From contig JADFSZ010000115.1 of assembly GCA_022560555.1 (NCBI GenBank), forward strand, positions 1-5,751: 5,751 bases of DNA, read 5' to 3'. The notes beneath the pieces were generated by a model. The model ran no database searches. It saw nothing but the letters and a program-made list of their open reading frames with translations, and had not been told where the DNA came from. This document shows positions 1 through 5,751 of the stretch, in pieces. How positions within the stretch are numbered: the first letter of the stretch is position 1; every line of letters begins with the position of its first letter. Both the position numbers and the translations under genes were made by a program. This DNA comes from PVC group bacterium (GTDB lineage Bacteria; GCA-001730085; JADFSZ01).

Positions 1-2
1 GT

Positions 3-236
3 GTTTTAGATGAAATCGACGCTCCTCTTGATGATGCGAATATTGACCGGTTTGTAACTCTGTTGCAGAAGTTCTTGAATAAAACGCAGTTCATTATTAT
101 TTCACACAACAAAAAAACCATTTCCATTGCGGATACACTCTATGGTATTACAATGGAGATACCCGGCATTTCCCGTCTGATCTCTGTCAAACTTGTTGAA
201 GGAGAAGAAAAACTCGCAGGGGAATTAACCGCTTAA
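3..236 (+). CDS. smc: Chromosome segregation protein SMC, C-terminal end (5'-truncated by the window edge)
   Basis: Frame 3 is open from position 3 to TAA at 234-236 and translates to VLDEIDAPLDDANIDRFVTLLQKFLNKTQFIIISHNKKTISIADTLYGITMEIPGISRLISVKLVEGEEKLAGELTA*. This holds the ABC/SMC Walker B and D-loop (LDEIDAPLD) and the typical SMC tail (TQFIxISHxK...ADxLYGxTM...G(I/V)Sxx(I/V)SVKL). It is missing from the ORF track because it runs off the 5' edge. Confidence 0.85.
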   Translation, partial: VLDEIDAPLDDANIDRFVTLLQKFLNKTQFIIISHNKKTISIADTLYGITMEIPGISRLISVKLVEGEEKLAGELTA

Positions 237-250
237 CATGAAATGTAACC

Positions 251-349
251 ATGATGAAGTACATAAAGCCGGATGTCCTAAAAAGTTTTTTTCTTACCGT
301 GCTTGTATTGACACTTGCTTTTTTCTTGTCGAACCATTCCCTCTTTGCC
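251..349 (+). other. Predicted Sec signal peptide of the SurA-like protein
   Basis: The peptide MMKYIKPDVLKSFFLTVLVLTLAFFLSNHSLFA|QEYK has a basic n-region, a hydrophobic h-region (FFLTVLVLTLAFFL) and a small-residue site (S-L-F-A) before QE. The cleavage position was judged by eye only. Confidence 0.6.
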
Positions 350-1228
350 CAAGAGTATAAGATAGTCGCGATCGTAAATGATGACATCATCACAAATTAC
401 GATATCGAAAAATTTCTTTTGCCGATGATTGAGCAGTACAAGAAAATTTATAGCGAAGACGTATTAGATGCCAAACTGAAGGGGCTGGAAGAAAATGTGC
501 TTGAGAGATTGATCGAGGAAAAGCTGATACTTCTTGAGGCGAAACGTATAAATTTTGAAGTCGGCAAAAAGGAAGTGAACGAAAAATTCGATAAGATTGT
601 GAACAAATTCCCTTCGAGAGAACAGTTTGAGATTTCTCTTGAGCGCCAGGGCCAGACAACCAAGGAATTAAAAAAACAAATTAGGGAAGGGATCGTTATT
701 AAAAAAATGGTTAATTATTTTGTCGGCAGCCGCGTGGAAATTTCACAAACAGATATTGAAGAGTACTATCAAGATCACCTGCAGGATTTTATTCTTGAAG
801 AAGAGTATAAAGTTCGGCATATTTTTATTAGTAAAAAGGGGCGTGAGCCGATTTTACTCAAACAGGACGTTGACAATGTAAAAGCGCGTATTCAAAAGGG
901 AGACGATTTTGCCGAACTCGCGAAAAGTTTTTCGAACGGTCCGAATGCTCCTCTGGGCGGGGACCTGGGATTTGTAAAGCGAGGTCAGTTTCAGGCTCAA
1001 TTGGATGAAATCATTACCACTCTCAGTATCAATGATACGGCGGGTCCTGTTGAATCGGATCGAGGATTTCATTTTTTAAAACTTGAGGCAAAAAAGGATG
1101 TCAGTATTCAACCCATAGAAGAAGTTGAGCCCTATGTTCGCAATCTCTTATTCAAAGAAGCCGTAAAGGAAAAACGTAACAGTTGGATCGAAGAAGTAAA
1201 ATTACGCAGTTTTATCGAAATTAAATAA
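251..1228 (+). CDS. surA: SurA-like periplasmic chaperone / parvulin-type peptidyl-prolyl cis-trans isomerase with a single PPIase domain
   Basis: 325-aa ORF. It has an N-terminal signal peptide and a SurA-N-like helical region (IVAIVNDDIITNYDIE...LERLIEEKLILLEAKR). One parvulin domain lies at about aa 186-282 (YKVRHIFI...GDDFAELAKSFSNGPNAPLGGDLGFVKRGQF...GPVESDRGFHFLKLE). The SurA-type C-terminal strand is present (SWIEEVKLRSFIEIK). Its position directly upstream of pdxA-ksgA matches the E. coli surA operon. The start could be ATG 251 or ATG 254, and no clear SD is visible. Confidence 0.8.
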   Translation: MMKYIKPDVLKSFFLTVLVLTLAFFLSNHSLFAQEYKIVAIVNDDIITNYDIEKFLLPMIEQYKKIYSEDVLDAKLKGLEENVLERLIEEKLILLEAKRINFEVGKKEVNEKFDKIVNKFPSREQFEISLERQGQTTKELKKQIREGIVIKKMVNYFVGSRVEISQTDIEEYYQDHLQDFILEEEYKVRHIFISKKGREPILLKQDVDNVKARIQKGDDFAELAKSFSNGPNAPLGGDLGFVKRGQFQAQLDEIITTLSINDTAGPVESDRGFHFLKLEAKKDVSIQPIEEVEPYVRNLLFKEAVKEKRNSWIEEVKLRSFIEIK

Positions 1229-1278
1229 CTTTCCTCTTATTCTCAAGCGCTTAAAATCATTTTCCGGGTAACTCTGTT

Positions 1279-2298
1279 ATGGCAAAGATCAAGCTGGGTT
1301 TGACGGCAGGAGATCCGGGTGGTATCGGAGCCCGGATTATCGCGAAATTGCTCGCGGCCCGCGATCTGTATCGATATTGTGAACCCTTCATTTTTGGCCC
1401 CGAGGAACACATATTAAGTTATCTGAAAAAGGAGAATGTGCGTATACGCGTTATTTACGTGAACGACAAGATTTGCCTTAAGAGCGTGTATGGATCGGCC
1501 TGGCTTGTTCCCGGAAAGACTTCTTCAAAACGTAAAATCCGTAAAGGAAAAATCACAAAAGGAAACGGACAACTGGCCATTCAATATTTACAAGATGCCT
1601 TGGAGTATTGCCGTCAAAAACGGATCGATGGCATTGTCACAGGGCCCGTATCAAAAGAGGCCGTCGCGAAATCCCTTAAAAACTTTTCCGGTCATACGGA
1701 ATTTCTTCAAAAAGCAACGAAATGCAAACATGTGGTAATGTTTTTTTCATCTCCCCTATTAAAGGTTGGTCTTTTAACTCGGCATGTTCCTCTTAGCAAA
1801 GTACCAAAATTAATCAAAGGAAGCGATATCACAAAAGCTTTAAATCTTATGGATACGAATAGTAAACTCTTTGGTATCAAAAAAGCCCGGATTGCCGTTT
1901 GCGGACTCAATCCGCATGCGGGAGAAAACGGATTATTGGGATCCGAGGATAAAAAAATTGTGGCACCGGCCGTCAAGCGAGCGCAAAAACAAGGAATAAG
2001 GGCGAGCGGACCATGGAGCGCGGACACGGTGTTTACCCGAACTCTGAAAGGCGACTTCGATATGGTCCTTGCTCTCTATCATGATCAGGGACTCGCTCCC
2101 TTCAAAGCCATTGCGTTTGAGGATGGTGTTCAGACAACTCTGGGACTCCCCTTTGTCCGGACAAGTCCGGACCATGGTCCGGCCTTCGACAAAACGGACT
2201 CCGCTTATGTAAGTGTTAAAAGTTTTTCTAATGCCGTTCAGTTAGCCTCCCTGATGATCAAGAGAAGGAAAAAAAATCCAAAGTCAAAGCATGGATAA
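1279..2298 (+). CDS. pdxA: 4-hydroxythreonine-4-phosphate dehydrogenase (DXP-dependent pyridoxal phosphate synthesis)
   Basis: 339-aa ORF carrying the PdxA signature blocks GDPGGIG, ITGPVSKEA-like (VTGPVSKEA), GHTEFL, TRHVPL, CGLNPHAGENG, YHDQGL and RTSPDHG. All the conserved His residues I recall as metal or substrate ligands are present. The C-terminal tail is basic (KRRKKNPKSKHG). Confidence 0.95.
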   Translation: MAKIKLGLTAGDPGGIGARIIAKLLAARDLYRYCEPFIFGPEEHILSYLKKENVRIRVIYVNDKICLKSVYGSAWLVPGKTSSKRKIRKGKITKGNGQLAIQYLQDALEYCRQKRIDGIVTGPVSKEAVAKSLKNFSGHTEFLQKATKCKHVVMFFSSPLLKVGLLTRHVPLSKVPKLIKGSDITKALNLMDTNSKLFGIKKARIAVCGLNPHAGENGLLGSEDKKIVAPAVKRAQKQGIRASGPWSADTVFTRTLKGDFDMVLALYHDQGLAPFKAIAFEDGVQTTLGLPFVRTSPDHGPAFDKTDSAYVSVKSFSNAVQLASLMIKRRKKNPKSKHG

Positions 2299-3118
2299 TC
2301 CTATAAGACCGCTTAAACGGCTTGGGCAAAATTTTCTTACTAATGTGGGAATCCAAAAGATAATGATTCAGGCGCTCGCATTGTGTCCGGAAGATTTGGT
2401 TTTGGAGATTGGCCCGGGAAAAGGGGCGTTAACGGATCATATGGTTCAAAAGGCTAAGCATATAATCGTTGTGGAAAAAGATAGACGTTTAAGTGAGTAC
2501 TTAAAAAAGAAATATCAGATGGATCCGGCCATAAAAGTGATTTGTGAGGATATTCTCTCCTATGATTTAACTTTGGATTTTAAAAAAAGCGGCAAAATCA
2601 AAGTGATCGGCAGTTTACCTTACTATATTACCTCCCAAATTTTGTTTTACTTGATCAACCACCGCTTTCGGATTGATCGGGCGGTGTTGCTCGTGCAGAA
2701 GGAAGTGGCCCGCCGCATAGTGGCCTCTCCGGGAACGAAAGAATTTGGGGCTCTCACTGTAGCCATGCAATATTATACCCGGACCAAAATCATCCGGCAT
2801 GTGCCGGCGGGATCTTTTTGGCCCCGTCCGGGTGTGACATCAAGTCTGATTCAGGTCATGATGCGCCCGCAGCCTGAGAGGGGGCTTGCGGATGAGGAGG
2901 GTTTTTTTTGTTTTAATAAAATGATGTTTTCCAAGAGGAGAAAAACCATCCTGGGGTCCTTATTCCGTCACGTGACCCCTCATTTGCCAAAACAGAAATT
3001 AAGCGCTATACTGGCTCATTGCGATATTAACCCACAGAACCGTTACGAAAAACTCGATCTTGAACATATGATACTTTTGTATAATGGTCTTCAACATCAG
3101 GGAAGGAGGCATCTGTGA
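2291..3118 (+). CDS. rsmA: 16S rRNA (adenine1518/1519-N6)-dimethyltransferase RsmA/KsgA
   Basis: 275-aa ORF with KRLGQNFL near the N-terminus. The SAM-binding motif I is EIGPGKGALT and the acidic motif II is VVEKD. Motif IV is GSLPYYITS (usually NLPY), and FWPRPGVTSSLIQV matches F-x-P-x-P-x-V-x-S. The ATG lies in ATGGATAA, overlapping the pdxA stop by 8 nt. Confidence 0.95.
   Translation: MDNPIRPLKRLGQNFLTNVGIQKIMIQALALCPEDLVLEIGPGKGALTDHMVQKAKHIIVVEKDRRLSEYLKKKYQMDPAIKVICEDILSYDLTLDFKKSGKIKVIGSLPYYITSQILFYLINHRFRIDRAVLLVQKEVARRIVASPGTKEFGALTVAMQYYTRTKIIRHVPAGSFWPRPGVTSSLIQVMMRPQPERGLADEEGFFCFNKMMFSKRRKTILGSLFRHVTPHLPKQKLSAILAHCDINPQNRYEKLDLEHMILLYNGLQHQGRRHL
3101..3109 (+). promoter_or_regulatory. 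Shine-Dalgarno sequence (GGAAGGAGG) for the HAMP-protein gene, embedded in the last codons of rsmA
   Basis: GGAAGGAGG at 3101-3109 is followed by a 5-nt spacer and then GTG at 3115. It is the only strong SD match upstream of any gene start in this window. It also encodes the rsmA C-terminal residues G-R-R, so part of the match could come from coding constraint. Confidence 0.6.
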
Positions 3119-3717
3119 AAAAACGTGATCAGGCTTATCAGCGCCGATGGTCCAATTTGATAGTGAACCGAACTCTCCAATTTCGGTACGCGGGTATCTT
3201 TGCCGGATTTTCTCTTGTGATATCCGTATTGTTCGGGTTTTTCCTTTTTTACCAGACAGACTTATTTTTAGACATTATTGAAAAGATTATGAGTCCCGAA
3301 GATTTATTGATGGCCGGTATGAACGAGCTCAAAAGCCAACTGTGTCTCAGTATCATCATTATTATTTGTGTGAACACTATTGTTCTCTCTTTGGTTGGTG
3401 TGTGCATCTCGCATGCCGTTGCGGGGCCGATATGGCGCATGGAAAAACAGCTCAAAAAATTAGCTGAGGGCGATTTAGGTTATATTTATTTTCGCAAAAC
3501 GGATTTATGTCCGTCCTTGCAGGAGCATTACAATAACGTTATGGATGCGCTTAAAAAGAAAAACTCAGAAATCATTTCTGCTCTGAAGGCGATGGAAGAG
3601 CAAGCAGGAGGTGTTTCCCAAGAGTTAGCTAGGGATGAATTAGAGAAAACAAAGGTGAAGGACGCTCTAAAGAAAATAAATCAGGAAATAGATCGTGTTC
3701 GGAATTTGTGTTCATAA
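3115..3717 (+). CDS. Uncharacterised small membrane protein: two TM helices, a HAMP domain and a C-terminal coiled coil, with no recognisable sensor or output domain
   Basis: 200-aa ORF with a GTG start that overlaps the rsmA stop (GTGA). The N-terminus is basic (MKKRDQAYQRRWSNLIVNRTLQFRY). TM1 spans about aa 24-46 (AGIFAGFSLVISVLFGFFLFY), followed by a short loop of about 28 aa. TM2 spans about aa 75-100 (LCLSIIIIICVNTIVLSLVGVCI). A HAMP-like pattern follows immediately (GPIWRMEKQLKKLAEGDLGYIYFRKTDLCPSLQEHYNNVMDAL), then a charged heptad-like tail (EIISALKAMEEQ...ELEKTKVKDALKKINQEIDRVRNL). The coding call is solid (about 0.85); the functional label is domain-level only. Confidence 0.6.
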   Translation: MKKRDQAYQRRWSNLIVNRTLQFRYAGIFAGFSLVISVLFGFFLFYQTDLFLDIIEKIMSPEDLLMAGMNELKSQLCLSIIIIICVNTIVLSLVGVCISHAVAGPIWRMEKQLKKLAEGDLGYIYFRKTDLCPSLQEHYNNVMDALKKKNSEIISALKAMEEQAGGVSQELARDELEKTKVKDALKKINQEIDRVRNLCS

Positions 3718-3729
3718 TAAGGGAAATGT

Positions 3730-4242
3730 ATGACCTCCGCGTATCTGAGTATTGGATCCAATCTTGACCCCCGCTCGGAATATCTTTCCTTAGCCATCGA
3801 GGATCTGAAAGCTGCGGGTTTTGTCATCAAGAGAATGTCGGGGGTGTATGAGACCCAAGCATGGGGGAAAGAAGACGAACCGGATTATTTGAATTGCTGT
3901 GTTCACGGGGAAACACTTTTAGGCCCTTTTGATCTCCTGAAACTCGTGAAGGATATTGAAGTCCAGGTAGGGCGGCGCTCTCGAGAGCACTGGGGAACGC
4001 GGGAAGTGGATATCGATATTCTTCTTTATGGTGACGAAAAAATCTTATCACCTAAACTGACCATTCCCCACAGAGACTTAAAAAAGAGACGTTTTGTTCT
4101 TGTTCCTTTGCTGGATGTGACTCATGGGGCTAGTGTACTTATTGATGGTGAGGACCCGAAAGATATTCTTGAAAATTTGAATGATTCTTCTCGGGTAAAA
4201 ATTTATGACCATTCGCGAGATTCAAAGCAAGAAAAAACATAA
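3730..4242 (+). CDS. folK: 2-amino-4-hydroxy-6-hydroxymethyldihydropteridine diphosphokinase (HPPK, folate synthesis)
   Basis: 170-aa ORF with the HPPK blocks AYLSIGSNL, VYETQAWG...PDYLNCCV, WGTREVDIDILLYGD, LTIPHRDLKKRRFVLVPLLDV. A weak SD-like AAGGGA sits about 6 nt upstream of the ATG. Confidence 0.93.
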   Translation: MTSAYLSIGSNLDPRSEYLSLAIEDLKAAGFVIKRMSGVYETQAWGKEDEPDYLNCCVHGETLLGPFDLLKLVKDIEVQVGRRSREHWGTREVDIDILLYGDEKILSPKLTIPHRDLKKRRFVLVPLLDVTHGASVLIDGEDPKDILENLNDSSRVKIYDHSRDSKQEKT

Positions 4243-4993
4243 GAAAAAAATTTCGGCTGTGACGGCTTATGATTATTATACGGCGTATTATGCCAGTTGC
4301 GCGCATATCGATATTCTTCTTGTGGGAGATTCTCTCGGGATGGTGGTGTTGGGATACTCTTCGACCTTGCCGGTGACTGTCGAGGACATGGTTCACCATA
4401 GCCGCGCCGTCGAACGCGGCGCCAATGGGCCCTTACTTGTCGTCGATATGCCATTTATGAGTTATCAGACAAGTCCTGCGGACGCGGTTAAAAATGCCGG
4501 CCGGCTGATCAAAGATGGCTCCATGCAGGCCGTTAAGCTCGAAGGAGCTAAAGGTATCGGCCGAAAAATTAAGGCGATCTTGAACGCGGGAATTCCTGTG
4601 ATGGGGCATTTGGGGGTATTGCCGCAATCCGTGCATAAAGACAGCGGTTATCGTGCCAAAGGAAAATCAAGTCATGAAGCCGGAAAACTGATGGATGATG
4701 CGCGCTATTTAGAAGATCTGGGTGTCTTTGCGATCGTACTTGAGTGTGTAGCGGAACGTGTATCTAAAAAAATCACCGAGACGATTCGCATCCCAAGCAT
4801 CGGAATTGGATCCGGGAAATGGTGCGATGGGCAGATTTTGGTGTCTCACGATTTGTTGGGGATCTCCAACTCTAAACGCCCTCGATTTGTGAAACAATTT
4901 GCGAAGGTAGGCGATACAATGCTGAATTCTTTCAAAAAATACCGCAGTGAGGTTTTGCGGGGAAAATATCCAACCAGAAAGCATAGTTATTGA
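4205..4993 (+). CDS. panB: 3-methyl-2-oxobutanoate hydroxymethyltransferase (ketopantoate hydroxymethyltransferase, pantothenate synthesis)
   Basis: 262-aa ORF with the PanB blocks TAYDY, LLVGDSLGMVVLGY, VVDMPFMSY, AVKLEG, VMGHLGVLPQS, IVLECV and IPSIGIGSG..CDGQILVSHDLLG. The N-terminus (MTIREIQSKKKHKKKISAVTAYDY) has the usual PanB length and spacing before TAYD, which supports ATG 4205 even though it overlaps folK by 38 nt. Confidence 0.95.
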   Translation: MTIREIQSKKKHKKKISAVTAYDYYTAYYASCAHIDILLVGDSLGMVVLGYSSTLPVTVEDMVHHSRAVERGANGPLLVVDMPFMSYQTSPADAVKNAGRLIKDGSMQAVKLEGAKGIGRKIKAILNAGIPVMGHLGVLPQSVHKDSGYRAKGKSSHEAGKLMDDARYLEDLGVFAIVLECVAERVSKKITETIRIPSIGIGSGKWCDGQILVSHDLLGISNSKRPRFVKQFAKVGDTMLNSFKKYRSEVLRGKYPTRKHSY

Positions 4994-5002
4994 GATAACG
5001 AT

Positions 5003-5751
5003 ATGAATGACAAACAATTCAATTATAAATCGTCCGGCGTGGACATTGATGCCGGAAACGAGGCCGTAAAAAAGATCGCCGCGTTAGCAAAAGGGACATT
5101 TGGACCTAAGGTGCTAACGAATATTGGCGGGTTTAGCGGATTGTTTTCTTTTGACAAGAACGCGTACCAGGATCCGGTCCTGGTCAGTTCCACAGATGGT
5201 GTAGGAACAAAATTACTCATTGCCCAAAAAATGGATTGCCACAATTCGATCGGGATTGATCTAGTAGCCATGTGTGTCAATGATCTTATCTGCACGGGAG
5301 CTGAGCCTCTGTTTTTTCTGGATTATATAGCATGCGGAAAATTGTCTGTGTGTCGCATCGAAGAAATTGTAAAAGGAATGGCCGACGGTTGCAGGGATTC
5401 GGGTTGTTCTCTTATGGGTGGTGAGACGGCTGAAATGCCGGGGATGTATAAAGAAGATGAATATGATCTTGCCGGCTTTGCAGTGGGTGTTGTTGACAGG
5501 GCAAAAATCATTACGGGAGAGACAATTAAAGAAGGAGATATCTTGATTGGATTGTCGTCAAGCGGGCTGCACAGCAACGGTTATTCTCTTGTTAGAAAAG
5601 TTTTATTGGAAAAGGCCGGGTTGGATGTCACTTCAACATGTCAAGGGATAGACGGTTGTCTTGGAGATGAATTGTTGAGGCCGACACGAATCTATGTCAA
5701 AGTTATTAAAAAGATCAAAGACAAATTCCCGCTTTTTGGAATCGCTCATAT
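5003..5751 (+). CDS. purM: Phosphoribosylformylglycinamidine cyclo-ligase (AIR synthetase), N-terminal ~249 aa (3'-truncated by the window edge)
   Basis: My own translation from ATG 5003 is open to the window end. It reads [48 protein letters not shown]...[56 protein letters not shown]...[16 protein letters not shown]...[13 protein letters not shown]...[14 protein letters not shown]. These are canonical PurM blocks ([12 protein letters not shown], [25 protein letters not shown], SSGxHSNGYSL). It is absent from the ORF track because no stop codon falls inside the window. Confidence 0.95.
   Translation, partial: MNDKQFNYKSSGVDIDAGNEAVKKIAALAKGTFGPKVLTNIGGFSGLFSFDKNAYQDPVLVSSTDGVGTKLLIAQKMDCHNSIGIDLVAMCVNDLICTGAEPLFFLDYIACGKLSVCRIEEIVKGMADGCRDSGCSLMGGETAEMPGMYKEDEYDLAGFAVGVVDRAKIITGETIKEGDILIGLSSSGLHSNGYSLVRKVLLEKAGLDVTSTCQGIDGCLGDELLRPTRIYVKVIKKIKDKFPLFGIAH

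Noticed and set aside
238-360. A 40-aa Cys-rich ORF (MKCNHDEVHKAGCPKKFFSYRACIDTCFFLVEPFPLCPRV) that starts 2 nt after the smc stop and overlaps the surA 5' end out of frame.
   Set aside because: It contains five Cys residues but not in a recognisable CxxC or metal-binding pattern. It has no SD and lies almost entirely within the surA signal-peptide coding region, whose T-rich codons readily produce Cys/Phe in another frame. There is no independent support, and only Ribo-seq or cross-species conservation of the alternate frame could revive it.
1229-1278. A possible internal promoter in the 50-nt surA-pdxA gap, with a -10-like TAAAAT at 1252-1257.
   Set aside because: No acceptable -35 element lies at 16-18 bp spacing (CTTTCC is there instead). 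AT-rich hexamers are expected by chance at this composition. It cannot be supported from sequence alone.
1490-1738. An 82-aa + strand ORF in an alternative frame inside pdxA.
   Set aside because: It is fully nested in pdxA, whose own frame encodes conserved blocks (VTGPVSKEA, GHTEFL) across the same region. Its translation has no recognisable features.
2866-2909. An imperfect hairpin (CCGCAGCC...GGCTTGCGG) followed by a T8 run inside rsmA, resembling an intrinsic terminator.
   Set aside because: The T-run starts about 10 nt after the stem ends, which is too far for a canonical terminator. The stem has a bulge, and the whole element lies in conserved coding sequence, where the T-run encodes GFFCF. 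It is most likely coincidental.
4205-4242. The idea that the folK/panB overlap with its A-runs is a programmed +1 frameshift site producing a FolK-PanB fusion.
   Set aside because: panB has its own ATG with a canonical-length N-terminus, and both ORFs are complete on their own. No recognisable slippery heptamer plus stimulatory structure is present. Simple overlap is the more economical explanation.
4986-4999. A short inverted repeat, GTTAT-TGAG-ATAAC, spanning the panB stop codon just upstream of the purM start.
   Set aside because: The stem is only 5 bp and A/T-rich, with no U-tract, so it would be thermodynamically negligible. It is probably chance, or at most a minor local structure.
187-5577. 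All minus-strand ORFs in the track: 187-393, 390-659, 448-663, 854-1072, 1707-2027, 1933-2175, 2615-2800, 3249-3455, 3827-4051, 4139-4399, 4203-4454, 4433-4636, 4709-5017, 5023-5295 and 5323-5577.
   Set aside because: Each lies antisense to a + strand gene that carries unambiguous enzyme motifs. Their translations are low-complexity or Arg/Ser/Pro-rich with no recognisable motifs. They are short (61-106 aa), and none has its own intergenic space or a convincing RBS. These are classic shadow ORFs.
1-5751. A search for defence systems, toxin-antitoxin pairs, mobile elements, CRISPR repeats, tRNA/ncRNA genes and compositional islands.
   Set aside because: No direct or inverted repeats of notable length were seen, and no integrase, transposase or nuclease-like ORFs. 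No intergenic space is large enough for a structured RNA (the largest gap is 50 nt). No compositional break is obvious by eye around the HAMP gene. The region reads as core genome.

Overview
All real coding in this window is on the + strand. It is a tightly packed array of housekeeping genes: smc (3' end only), a single-parvulin SurA-like periplasmic chaperone, pdxA, rsmA/ksgA, a small orphan membrane protein with a HAMP domain, folK, panB and purM (5' part only). Seven of the eight genes are identified from catalytic or signature motifs that I translated directly from the sequence. Intergenic gaps are 9-50 nt, and three junctions overlap (8, 4 and 38 nt). I see no convincing terminator, tRNA or rRNA, CRISPR array, mobile element or long repeat, and every minus-strand ORF in the track looks like a shadow of a + strand gene. 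The SurA homolog with a signal peptide points to a diderm bacterium with moderately low GC, but the phylum cannot be determined from this window. I do not see a convincing novel multi-gene system; this looks like an ordinary core-genome region. The only unexplained element is the 200-aa TM-HAMP-coiled-coil protein at 3115-3717. It has no recognisable input or output domain, is coupled to rsmA by a GTGA overlap, and sits between two classically conserved synteny blocks (surA-pdxA-ksgA and folK-panB). A smaller oddity is an Asn-to-Ser change in the near-invariant NLPY motif of RsmA/KsgA. All family assignments rest on recalled motifs, not database searches.
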